DNA of 63,143 bases, filler included, from Octopus bimaculoides (Eukaryota), in the NCBI RefSeq assembly GCF_001194135.2. It is 5 parts of 5 records of this genome, joined end to end, with 100 filler letters (N's around TTAATTAATTAA, not from the genome) between each part and the next. Parts side by side here need not be neighbours in the genome. Positions count along the whole stretch, not along the records: positions 25,706 to 52,620 come from NC_068989.1; 4 more parts are not named here. The stretch is one strand, 5' to 3'. Every line of letters starts with the position of its first letter. The first letter of the stretch is position 1. Positions 35,780-48,065 of this stretch are shown here, one piece after another. The translations under genes were made by a program, and so were the position numbers. The notes beneath the pieces were generated by a model. That model was not told the origin of the DNA. It made no database searches and worked only from the letters and a program-made list of their open reading frames with translations.

Positions 35780-36226
35780 TATGCGTGTTTGTATGAAGTT
35801 AGTTTATGTGTAATATATATATGAACGCGTGTGCTTTTCTACCAGTGTGTGTAAGTATAGACATTTATGAATCTGTATATGATTTTTGTTTTTATGATAG
35901 TTTATTTGTGCCTATGCGTATATAAACAATTTATTTCGTGATTTAAGTGTCCTGCAGCAAGAAAAAAATCTCATTTTTCATGTAAGGTAGCATTTTTTTA
36001 ATTGCTAGATCAAGATAAGAATTAACGTTTATACTAGTAATCTTTGGTCGAGCCTAATCTGTTTTCTCACGATCTTTTTATTGAATATTTAACCATCAAT
36101 CTCCATTATATATTCATAGTTTTCTCCTTTATGTTTTTGAATCTATCTCTTTTATTTTGGTGTCGACATGAATTATGTTAGAAAATATGATTTTAATTAG
36201 GTCTCCGTATTCAAAACATGTCGCCT

Positions 36227-36278
36227 CCTCTCTCTCTCTCTCACTCTTTCTCTCTCTCTCACACACTCACTCTACCTC

Positions 36279-36347
<69 letters not shown>
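36227..36347. repeat. (TC)n microsatellite
   Basis: Visible directly in the sequence. Confidence 0.95.
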
Positions 36348-36351
<4 letters not shown>

Positions 36352-37674
36352 GAGTCGTTTTCTTATCGTGTCTCTCTCTGTTTCATTCTGATGCCTTGTC
36401 TCTGTCAATTCTTCTTTTTTCTGATTTTGTTTCTATCTCACTTCGCATTAATAAATCACTACCTATAAAAATGGGGAAGAAAAACAATGATGAATAGACA
36501 ATAGTTTATTATGAAAAGCAATATGAATATAATAAGATAAGATACATTAAAGAAAGAAAGGACAAAACAAGAGTGTATGTGTTATGAATGATTTAAAAGT
36601 TGTATCAACTTATAAACAATTTCTTGTCTCTGAAATAACTCCTGCTGCAAAGTGAAGTAAGATATATGTATACGTCTCTTACTATGTTAGCTATGTGTAA
36701 TATACTGGATGTAGAGACATTACATGAATTTTTCTACTTCAATTCAATAAATATACATTTTGCTATCTAGTTTATAAACATATAATAGGCTTCAGCCGAA
36801 TAAAAATACTTTACGCAACAATTTAACCTCTTCGAAATAGCAGCAACGAAAATTTACTCTATCCCGATACGATGTCTTTAATACTAGATAGAAGGCACTA
36901 GATATTATATTAAGATAACGTTCAAACGACAAAACTAACAAATCTAGGATGGATTTGATCATACTATTGACTTGTGCAGAGTCTAAGCAACATAAAAACA
37001 ATAAGAAAATATATCGTTATTCACCTTACCTTATAGATATAACTGCAGGCTGCGTGACTTCAAAAAGGTTTCTCGTTTGCTTGTAATTGTGTTGACATCT
37101 ATCTTTGCCAAAGTTCGATTGCTGACAAAGTAACAGTATTTATTTTCCTAACCATTATGATTTACAAAACGTTGTGACTTGCTGTGCTGTCTCAGAATTC
37201 CATAGAAAATCTATAGATGCAAACTGAAACATGTAATTATGGTACTGTAAACACACAGTAAAACACAGTATTTATATTAAATCTATATGCTTGGTGTCAG
37301 TTATCATGAATGTCTTTAATATGTAAATTAATCAATCCACTCGTTATTTAAGTTGTGTGTTCGTGAACAGTCGATGGATTAAATGACGTACTGAGGAAAC
37401 GAGAATAAGCCTTGAAATATGCATATACAACCATTACCTGTTTTCTTATATCTTAGATTTCATTATTTACCTAGACGTATTTGCCCATGTGACATCATAG
37501 CTTGTTGTGCTGTTCTGAATTCTGAAGAAAATGTATAGAGAAAAACTTTACCTGAGTTACCTGAATCTAGAAGTGGATTTTTGCGACGATATTTGCTGTT
37601 AGTATATATATAGTGTATAAAACGATAGAACATAGCTCCTACTCTACACTTTAGGTAGTAATATACATGTAATA

Positions 37675-37865
37675 TAAGGTGGCGAGCTAGCAGAACCGTT
37701 AGCACGCCAGATATGATATTTAGCTGTACATTGTCAATCTGCACGTTCTCAGTTCAAATTCCGCAGAGGTGGATTTTAACTTCCATCATTTCGAGATCGA
37801 TAGAATAAGTACCAGCTGAGCACTAGAATCGAATTAATGGATTTACCCCACCCACGAAATATGCA
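37675..37865 (+). mobile_element. SINE family A copy
   Basis: GGTGGCGAGCTAGCAGAACCGTTAGCACGCC head; CAGTTCAAATTCC B box. Confidence 0.8.
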
Positions 37866-38899
37866 CATGATTTGACTAATAGGTGCCTTGAAGGCACCTT
37901 CAAGTTTAGGTAAAATAATGTTCCGATTACTATGTAGCGCATTCAGTTAATATAATCAATGTTTTACCAATCGTTGACTTCGCAAAGAATGATATATATC
38001 ATCACGGTAGTTCTTTTTCTTCTAGTTACAACCTCTTTAACCCCAAGTCAGCTCTCATGGAGTGTACTTAATATCAAAGTTATTCCACTTGTTAGTTCGT
38101 ATACAATTCCAGACTAAATTATCCAATGCCTCTATTTTATAATGTATTTCGCTTTCATTTAAAGGACATTTAACCAATAGAGACTCCGGTATGAGACCCA
38201 AATTTTATGGTTGTTGTGCTTGTTCCTGCTTTTGTTTATTCACAGAACAGCATTGAATGAGCACACATATTCTCAAACGTTTCTTCAGTGGTGATCCCTC
38301 TGTTTTCCATAACCACTTTATTCAACCTAGTTTTTAAGACGACTGCAAGCATTTTCTCTTTGAAAATTTAGCAACACTTTCTAATAGATTAAACCATCTC
38401 ATAAAGTTCCCCTTCTTTGGTCTCATTATCGTTTTATAACATTGAAAAATTAGCACGTACAAAGGTACTTGTGTTCTCCGTTCAATTCACTTATTTCCAA
38501 AGCTTCATTAGCAAAGTTTGTGAACCACAAAAGTGTATAAATTACAATATATATATTAGCGTATATATAAATTACACATACTTATATTGCCAACATAAAT
38601 TGCCCTTAATATAGCGTATATTTCTGTATAACAGTTATTTGGTCGATATATTAAGAAACCAGTAAATATGAACGTTAAGTGGTTGACTATTCTAATTATG
38701 TTCGATTCGATGTTAAGTTATTTAATGATCACTTGAAAAATGAACTTGTGACTCAACAGTAGCCAACACGCTTTCACTCCCCATTTTCTCTCTCTCTCTC
38801 TCACATGCAAATTCTCATTCACTCACTCTTTCCACATATATGTATATATATAAATATATATTCACCTTTCTCTGCATTTCTTTCACTATCAACGTCAGT

Positions 38900-39125
38900 C
38901 TGTCTATATGTGTGTGAATGCGTGTGTTCGTGAGTGTCTGCGTGTATGTGTGTGTGTATCTGCGTGAATGTGTATCTGCGTGTGTGTGTATCTGCGTGTG
39001 TGTGTGTATCTGCGTGTGTGTGCGTGTGTCTGTGTGGTGTGTGCGTTTGTGTGTCTGTGTGTGCGTGCGTTTGTGCGCGCGTGTGTGTGTGTGCGTTTGT
39101 GTGTGTGTGTGTGTGTGTGTGTTTC
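38900..39125. repeat. Degenerate (TG)n/(TGCG)n tract
   Basis: Visible directly in the sequence. Confidence 0.9.
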
Positions 39126-39535
39126 CTTGCTTCTTTGTGTGTGTTTGCCATCACGTATTTTGACGCTTTAACTAGTTCCAGTTATGCTGAAAAGAGTTTG
39201 AGAAAATTCTAGGGCACTGTTTTAATTGATTTTTGACAATAAATCAACACCTTTACGCTATACTTTTATTCAGCTATTTATCCAGTCGGTTTGGTTTGTA
39301 TTTGAGTTAGCACCAAATATATAGGGAATGATAACTATCGGAACGCCCACCGTACGATGATTTAGGCACATTCACATACACACATATGTATGTATATATG
39401 TGTTTATATATCTATGAATATATCTGAAAATATATATGTATATATATATATATATATATATGCACTAATATTTGATAAGTATTATCATTATTGTTATTAA
39501 CATACACACGTACATGTGTGGAGCGTGGGGTGTGT

Positions 39536-39574
<39 letters not shown>

Positions 39575-40200
39575 GTGTATGCGTGTGTTTGAGTGCAGAA
39601 AAAGCAATATACTGAATGCAAGTGTTAGAATGTGAAGAAATTTAATAGTTGTGTTATAACACAGTGCACGAAGTTTTGGAGTAAATTTGCGCCTAAAGTC
39701 CAATTAAGGACAATAGCTCTTATATTGAATTATATACGAATAGTTACAACCAGACACACATACATGCATTCATGCATGCATGCATGCATACATACATACA
39801 TTCATACATACATACATGCATACATACATACACGTATTCATGTATGTATATATGTATATATAAAGCAAGCAAACGTTCATCGCGTTTGCAGCCATTCGTA
39901 TAATATATCACTGGAAGGCAAATTGTGTGAAAACAATAAGATTGTAATTGAGGGAAATCATGCAATGAAGATATTTAATCGAGGGAAGAGCGATTGTCAA
40001 GACTCCTGATAAATAGGTAGTCATTCAACTGGAAAGGATAGACGTATAAAACGTAGATTTCTTTGAAAGAACTATATTAATATACATTAAATTTAAGGAA
40101 CTAAGAAGAAGGATCTTTATGTGTGTGCCTGTATGGAATGTATAGACTATTTTAATCTTTCGTCCATTCCTATCAACATTTGAAATAGCTATTATCATAT

Positions 40201-40281
40201 TTCTTCTTCTTCTTCTTCTTCTTCTTCTTCTTCTTCTTCTTCTTCTTCTTCTTCTTCTTCTTCTTCTTCTTCTTCATTTTG

Positions 40282-40336
<55 letters not shown>

Positions 40337-40497
40337 GGTGTTTTCTTGTTTTTCTTTTTCTTCACCTTTCTTGTTCAACTAATACAACAGCAGCAACGGC
40401 AACTACTACTATTACTACTACTACTTTTCACCTCTTTGATGTTTGTCGCTGTCTTTTACTTTCCATCTTGGAATACACATACATGCACACACAAATA

Positions 40498-40551
<54 letters not shown>

Positions 40552-40630
40552 CAGCAGCAACAGCAGCAGCAGCAAAAGTAGCAGCAGCAGTGTCGACGGC
40601 AGCTGTAGTAGCACCAGTAGTAGTAGTCGA
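40201..40630. repeat. (TTC)25, (ATT)n, (TAG)n/(CAG)n trinucleotide cluster
   Basis: TTC at 40201-40275, ATT at about 40286-40336, TAG/CAG at about 40497-40630. Confidence 0.95.
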
Positions 40631-40854
40631 GGACTACTAATATACATATATAATATATGTGGTGCGAATGTATTGGCGAGTGAGTGTGTGTGTGCGCGTG
40701 AGTGGGTAAAGAGAGGGAAGGGGGAAAGAAATGATGATATACATATTACTACTATTACAAATTCTCCGCCTTCCACCCACTGCCTATTTTACTACTACTG
40801 CTTCTGCTGCTTCATTATATTCATCAAAGTTCTTACCAATATTAAATTGCAGAA

Positions 40855-40910
40855 AAGCGGTGAGCTGGCAGAAACGTTAGTACGCCGGGCGAAATGCTTA
40901 GTGGTATAAC
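40855..40910 (+). mobile_element. SINE family A head
   Basis: GCGGTGAGCTGGCAGAAACGTTAGTACGCCGGGCGAAATGCTTAG. Confidence 0.8.
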
Positions 40911-40999
40911 GTCTCTGTGAGTTTACTGGTCGGACGTATTATTACTCGCTGCGATTTTTTTTAGCATAACGCCACTATTGTTTGGCGGGCATTGCTGAG

Positions 41000-42163
41000 A
41001 TGGAGAAAATGAAGACGTATGCAGCAGCGACGGGGAGTCGAGCTTCCGTCGTCCCAGGCCTGCTAAAGCAATATGAAATACATTGGAATGAAGACATGGC
41101 TTAGAAAATTGGAAAATATAAAGAAATGATAAAGAAGGAGGGGCCAAACGTAAAGTTGACCCGATCAGAGGAGGAAAAGACGAAAATGGAAATTGGAGTC
41201 GTGGAATATAAATCCTTTTCAAGGAAAAATAAAGAATAGAGAGTGCAACGAAGGAGGAGGTGGAGGAGTGTTTGAAGGAATTGCAAGAAGATGTGTCGTT
41301 TTTTACAAGAGGCAAGACATACGCGTCTGTAGAGATCACATTTGTATCGGAGGAGGCAGCAAATAAATACGCCAATAAGACGTTAACTAAAGGAAATTGG
41401 ATGTTTTTTCTCAATAAGTTGGGTAGATGTCCAACGTGGATTAGAGTGGGTAGAATCCCACCGAAAATAGAGTTGGAATGGGTAATGGCAGCAGTTTTTC
41501 CTGAAAGAGAAAGAGAAGATGTAAGGATAATTATGATAAGCAGAACCCAACAAATAAATTATTGGGGGTATGGATTGGAGGTGCTTTTTTATTGCAAGTC
41601 TGAAAGTTTACAGTGACATACCGGAGACACTGGAACTGCCTAACGAGGACAAACTGGACATAATGTCGGAGGGGAGACCTCCAAAGTGCTACGAATGTGG
41701 CAAAAGAGGTCACATTAGAAGAAGGTACCCAGAAATAATGGAAAACAAAGAAATGGAAACTCAAGAAGGGGTGATACAGGGGAGGAAACAGTCACAGGAA
41801 GAGGAGCAGAGAGCTGATTTTGAGGAAGCTAAATCAAGGAAGAGAGAAAGGAGGAGCTCATCGCCGAAAGTCGAACAAGGGAAAAAATACAAATCAAAGG
41901 ATCAAGTGGGATCACTGAGGAAAGAGGATAATAGCAGCAGAACATTACCACAGAACCATACAGTCTCACAATCGCACAGACAGACAGATACACAGATACA
42001 TAAACACACAGACATACAGACACTCGGAAGTGTAGAAGATAACGCAGAGTTGCAGAAACCTAAAAGCACAGAACCTGAAAATACAGACACACAAACACAA
42101 TATGCAGACTTACAGTCACACAAGCATGCAGACCCACATAAGGATAAACACACAGATATATAG
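41000..42163 (+). pseudogene. L1/Tx1-type ORF1 (gag-like, zinc knuckle) pseudogene
   Basis: Starts MEKMKTYAAATG; VSFFTRGKTYASVEITF...; IPETLELPNEDKLDIMSEGRPPKCYECGKRGHIRRRYP (CX2CX4HX4C with the last C mutated). Stops and frameshifts present. Confidence 0.75.
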
Positions 42164-42330
42164 TCACAAAGAAATATAGAAGAACAGACGCATGGTAGTA
42201 CAGAATCACAGAAACAAACAGACGCAGGAGGTACGTAGCAATGGCATATATTTGATGTCATATCGATATACACAAAAAATAGAAAAGAAGATATCCAAAA
42301 GAAAAGACATTATCAAAGTGGACCTCTCGG

Positions 42331-42780
42331 TTGGTCCACGGAAGAAATATGTGGGGTTGGCTGATGAATGGAAACCACCTAAAAAAAGAGACTGAGAGCA
42401 CTATTTTCGTGGCGCAAGATGAATCTTTGGCCACGAACTGGAGTGTCGGCCTTGAAAATGAACAAGTGTTTCTGCACTATGTTGCATCTGCAATAGAATG
42501 GACGAAGCCATTGCCGATATCCCGAACGAATGCCCTAGACTTGCCCCAAACCAATACAAGTTGTAGTCACACGACCAGGTAGTCAAAGTACTACATTGAG
42601 AACTGTGCGATAACTGGTGGGCAGAGAGAGGCAAGAAGCGGTATGAGCACAAACCGCAGTGAATTGCAGAATCGGAGACTAGCAAAATCCTCTAGGATTT
42701 CCCAATCAAAACAGATCAGGGGGATGTGAAATGAACGATACGCAAAAGTGGAAAAAGACATAAGAATGAAATGCAAAAGA
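42331..42780 (+). mobile_element. R4/Dong-clade LINE remnant (zinc-finger region)
   Basis: WGWLMNGNHLKKETESTIFVAQDESLATN...C..C..MDEAIADIPNECPRLA..QYK..HDQVVKVLH. Confidence 0.8.
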
Positions 42781-43089
42781 ACAAAGAAAGCAATATTGCA
42801 TTGTTCTCTTCCAGCAAATTATGTGACCATGATAGGAAATCATGCTATAACATAATCATGTCTTGAGAATCCGAGTTATTGTTGTAATGTAATCATTACA
42901 TGCAGTACCGGAAAATTTCGCAACGTATTGATGAACAAAAAATATTGGTCAAAAACAAAAATATATTTGCTCAGACTTCACTTGTATACAAATGTGTGCA
43001 TGTGTCTGTATATACGTATATACATACGATGTTGCACGTATTGTGATTATTATATCCGTACAATATAAATCTCAAAACTAGTCTTAGTT

Positions 43090-43255
43090 GTGTGCATGTG
43101 TGCGTGTGTGTGTGCGTTTGTGTGTGTGTGTGTGTGTGTGTCGGTGTGTGCGTGTGTCGGTGTGTGTGTGTGTGAGTGTTCGAGAGAGAAGAAAGGATTT
43201 TGGCAATAACATGCTTAATGAATTTGAAATTAGAAGGATGAATAGTCTTTAAAAC

Positions 43256-43332
<77 letters not shown>

Positions 43333-43683
43333 CAGTAGTAGTATAACAATCAACTAATATAAATTGTGTCCAGTCGCTGAAAATATCGGACAGAACATAA
43401 AGATGAAGTGATAAATAACCACCTTCGTAGCACATAGGTACACACATGCACATACACACACGCACACACATACACACACAAACACACACACACAAGCACA
43501 TAGAAGCACACATACACATAATCTCGCAAACACACACGTACATAGAATATCCCATATGCTCAGATTAATGTGTAGAAAGAAAGGAAAGAAAGAAAACAGA
43601 AAGACGGAAGGAAAGAAAAGAAGGCAGATAGTTTGATATATAGATAGATAGACAGAGAAACAGACAAACAGATAGATATATAA

Positions 43684-43736
<53 letters not shown>

Positions 43737-43825
43737 AAGACTCAGACACACAGTCAGTCAAACTGTCATATATACATACATACATACATACATACATACA
43801 TACATACGTGCATGCATGCATGCCT
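43090..43825. repeat. (TG)n, (TAG)n, (GATA)n and (CATA)n microsatellites
   Basis: Visible directly in the sequence. Confidence 0.95.
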
Positions 43826-43837
43826 AGAGATAGATAC

Positions 43838-44640
43838 ATTTCTTTTATTAGCCACACAGGGCTCAACGAAGATGGGACAAATACAATGTAGAGCTATTCT
43901 TTTTGGGAGGGGGAAGGAAGGAAAAAAAAGGGGTGGTGTCGNNNNNNNNNNNNNNNNNNNNNNNNNNNNNNNNNNNNNNNNNNNNNNNNNNNNNNNNNNN
44001 NNNNNNNNNNNNNNNNNNNNNNNNNNNNNNNNNNNNNNNNNNNNNNNNNNNNNNNNNNNNNNNNNNNNNNNNNNNNNNNNNNNNNNNNNNNNNNNNNNNN
44101 NNNNNNNNNNNNNNNNNNNNNNNNNNNNNNNNNNNNNNNNNNNNNNNNNNNNNNNNNNNAGGGATCGTGTATCACACAGTAATGTTCTCGTGTAAAAAGA
44201 GGGGAGGACAGTTTAGGTTTAGCCGTGGAAGGAAAAGCCTACGGAAAAGACCACGGTAACCTTGGTCAATATTCTCATTGATGAAACTATAACAGTAAGT
44301 GACTCTCTTTTGCCTTTTTGTTTTATGTTTTTTTCTTGGATTTTTTTTCTAGTTCATAGGGTTACGCTCAAGATGGCTCCGTCGTTCACACGTGCCATCC
44401 TTGCTACATTCACCCATCTTTTTTTGAAGCATTCACTAGACAAGACTTCCCTTTCTACTCTCACCTTCCTCTTCAGGTGATACTTGAAGAAGTTGATGAG
44501 AGATTGCCCAGAGAGGAAAGTCTTTGTCTCTAGACCTTTCAGACGTGTCCACCATACACATTCTTTCGCCATAGCCACAAGTACGATGAAAATAGCTCTT
44601 CCTTCCCGTTTAAAGGAAGGAGGCGCGAGACAGTCATGAG
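43838..44640 (-). mobile_element. L1/Tx1-type LINE 3' end (same family as 7816-11226)
   Basis: MAKECVWWTRLKGLETKTFLSGQSLINFFKYHLKRKVRVE aligns to the 10740-10943 peptide; 3' end AATAAAAGAAAT. Confidence 0.85.
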
Positions 44641-44889
44641 TTATATGTCACTCCATATTTTGTAAGCGTTATTGGCGAGAAGAAACTGTATAATGTCCCG
44701 TTGGATGGAGGCTACTTGTGAATTAGAATAAGGGTACTCGTGGCTGCGAAATATTCTGTCATCACTTAAACGCTAATTCAATAAACAGATAATTAAGTTG
44801 ATCGAGCAATTGAATCGTGACTGTAGAACGTGAGGGGAAACCACATACATGCGTACATGCTGACTGGAACTCCTTGTCAGAAGAGTATC

Positions 44890-45040
44890 AGGCGGGTCTG
44901 TGTGGTAAGAAGCTTGCTCCCCGACCACAGGTTCCCTGGTTCAGTACCACTGTGTAGTAACTTGGGCAAGTATTTTCTACTATAACCTCTGGTCGACCAA
45001 AGCCTTGTGAATGGAAACTGAAAGAAGCCCGTCTTACAAG
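44890..45040 (+). mobile_element. SINE family B 5' half
   Basis: GTGTGGTAAGAAGCTTGC...GGTTCAGTACCAC...CTTGGGCAAGTATTTTCTAC. Confidence 0.85.
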
Positions 45041-45099
45041 TACAACACTCTTTCTGCAGGAACATTCACGGATATGACACTTAATTTCTCTTTTTCCGA

Positions 45100-45900
45100 A
45101 TGGTGGTGCGCGTAGCGGTAGAATAATTTCACATGCAGCTCAAATTTCTTCATGGCTCATGTAACTTTAGATGACTGATAGAAGAAATCCTCCACACGTA
45201 TTGCCCCTTGATTGCCATTGGGTTCTTGTAGGCCATGCATCTGGGTCCCAATTAAGGAGTAAACCCCTCAAAGCAGCTTGGTGTTTTTAGTTGAGGACAC
45301 CGCGTCTCTATCTCGTAATCTCTCTTCACGGTGTACTGATTTCAGCCAATGTCTTTCACATATCCATATGAATCTCGAAAGATTTAACGTTGCCTTTTAT
45401 AACATCGATAAACCGCTTTTTATGTTTATGCTGACGTCCTCTCCCTTTAGATAGCTCTTCATAAAGTATCTGCTCGGCCAGCCTCTCATCTGCCATTCTG
45501 AAAATACCAGTTCCATGCACCCCATTCAATATTATACTTTTCTAAATACTGTTGTTGCCAGCCTCCTCATTTACAACAGTATCAGGTGTGTAAGGAGACC
45601 ACATTCTGTTCAGGATGCGCTGGATACAATGCTGATGGTAAGGTAACCACAATGCCAGTAGGGTAATCACGTTCTGCACCCATGCAGTGGGGTTGTATTA
45701 ACACATGATTCTCGTGATACCCCCATGTGGCTCGCTTCTCAGGTTTTCCAGAAGCTGCACTACTGAACCTGTGATTTGTTTCAGCGTCAAGAGTACTATC
45801 CTTTTCCAAGTTGCATCAATCTTTCCAGCACTTATAGTATTCTTTTCCTTCCACGAAAATGTGAGGCTCCACATACACATCTCGAACTCGTGAAGTGCAC
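45100..45900 (-). mobile_element. RTE (BovB-like subgroup) LINE 3' remnant
   Basis: Minus: IFVEGKE...DSTLDAETNHRFS.A.SGK.EKR; MADERLAEQILYEELSKGRG...KKRFIDVIKGNVKSFEI; decayed terminal C2H2. Confidence 0.75.
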
Positions 45901-45944
45901 ATACGTGTGTCTTTTTTATGTTATTATTTAGTCCAAATAAGGTA

Positions 45945-46150
45945 GTGAGCTAGAAGACTCGCTACAATGTCGGCACCGAGTAAAATGCTTAATAGCATTT
46001 CATTTTCCTTTACGTTTTGAGTTCAAATTCTGCCCAGGTTGACTTTGCATTTCGTCGATGAAATAAGTACTAGTTGAGCAGTAAGGTCGATGTTATCGAC
46101 TTACCCACTTACTCAAAATTGTTGGCCTTGTACCAAAATTTGAAATCAAT
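45945..46150 (+). mobile_element. SINE family A copy
   Basis: AAGGTAGTGAGCTAG head; GAGTTCAAATTCTGCCCAGGTTGACTTTGC. Confidence 0.75.
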
Positions 46151-46224
46151 ATTTAACCCAAATGGAGTGCATACATTGGAGATGTACATACATGCATAGA
46201 TACATACATGGGCACTACCTATAT

Positions 46225-46560
46225 TCTACCTTCTCATGAGTCATGGAAGTGTAGTTAAGATGCGATACGCAGGAAGAGCTTTTCAGACAGACATACCCAA
46301 AGCATATCAGAAGAAGAATGTATCCTCAACTATAAAGTAAAGATGATCAGTACAAGAAAAGATACAGCAACCCGATATAAATTCAACAAACCGGTTATAG
46401 TTATTTTGGATAGGAAGCGAATGTTGTGCGCCTTTATAGAAATCAGTTGCCTAAAGGATATGAATGTCTCTTGAAAAATTGCAGAGAAAAGAGAAAGTCT
46501 ATGCAGAACTGATGAGAATCCTACGTGTGTTATATACAAAAGTCTTATTCGCTATTATGC
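46225..46560 (+). mobile_element. R4/Dong-type restriction-like endonuclease remnant (second subfamily)
   Basis: YLLMSHGSVVK (RHD-like) ... NKPVIVILDRKRMLCAFIEISCLKDMNVS.KIAEK.KVYAELMRILRVLY (PD-(D/E)xK fold motif, PD mutated). Confidence 0.7.
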
Positions 46561-46956
46561 AATACATGACCAGCATAGAAACGTGGAAATGCTTGGATTT
46601 TCCAAAATGAACAAGGTAGAATGGAAAACAAGTAAAATAGGAATGATAAATGATAACTGAAGATTTTTATAACACTTTATTAATGAAAACAGAATGTACA
46701 TTCTCTTCAAAGAGACTTTGTGGAGTTTTGTCGTGCTGACAGGACTTGATTGCCTGTGTGTTTTAGTAATGCATAGATTGAGTTTGCTAAACACTGGAAG
46801 TTTAAAGGTCTCGCAAGTATTAGATGCTATCATGTAATATTGTTATATAAATACACTCATACACCCCGATATACACATATACATATATATATCAGATATT
46901 TGGCATTGTTCAAAGTATTTGTACATACATGCAAACACACACATACACACACATAC

Positions 46957-46992
<36 letters not shown>

Positions 46993-47789
46993 GTGTGTAT
47001 ATATATATATATATNNNNNNNNNNNNNNNNNNNNNNNNNNNNNNNNNNNNNNNNNNNNNNNNNNNNNNNNNNNNNNNNNNNNNNNNNNNNNNNNNNNNNN
47101 NNNNNNNNNNNNNNNNNNNNNNNNNNNNNNNNNNNNNNNNNNNNNNNNNNNNNNNNNNNNNNNNNNNNNNNNNNNNNNNNNNNNNNNNNNNNNNNNNNNN
47201 NNNNNNNNNNNNNNNNNNNNNNNNNNNNNNNNNNNNNNNNNNNNNNNNNNNNNNNNNNNNNNNNNNNNNNNNNNNNNNNTATATACATACACACAAATAT
47301 ACATGAAACGATATAACGACATGTGTTTTTTACACAGCGATATTGATTGTGCTGATTAAACTACAGGAGGGAACCAGTAATTAGATTAGACAAATTATAC
47401 AGAAAACAGCAAACATTAAACAAATGGTTTTTGTTTCAGAAAAACCATATATTTATGATTAAATCTGTGGGGAGCTGGAAAAAAACTGTTACAAATCACA
47501 AATCTAAAACACTCAATAAGCGTCGAGAATTTAAAAATCAAAGTATTGGCCCTGTATGTGTTAATTTGATGTAATTCAATTAGTTGTTTATTATGCAAGA
47601 TATATTAAATTGATAACTTAAATGTATGGATTAAATATGTCGGTGGAGAAGGTAATGAATTTCGTGAAATTGTAGGCTACGTTTTGTGTACACACACGCC
47701 CACAGACTTATGAATAGCAGATACATGCACACATGTATAAAGTACACCCACGCCCAAAAACATGTACGTATACATATACATACACATAC

Positions 47790-47795
47790 ACACAG

Positions 47796-47879
<84 letters not shown>

Positions 47880-47900
47880 GTGTATGTATGTATGTATGTA
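47790..47900. repeat. (CA)n/(TA)n/(GTAT)n microsatellites
   Basis: Visible directly in the sequence. Confidence 0.95.
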
Positions 47901-47904
47901 GATA

Positions 47905-48065
47905 CAGGCCAGGCTGTGTGGTAAGAAGCTTACTTCTAAACCACATGGTTTCGGGTTCACTTCCAGTGCGTGGCATATTGGAGAAGTGTCTCCAGCTACA
48001 GCATTCCACCATCTAACCACTTGTGAGTGAATTTGATGGGCGGAAACTAAAAGAAGCCCGTTATG
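47905..48065 (+). mobile_element. SINE family B 5' half
   Basis: GGCTGTGTGGTAAGAAGCTTACTTC...GGGTTCAC...CGGAAACTAAAAGAAGCCCG. Confidence 0.8.
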
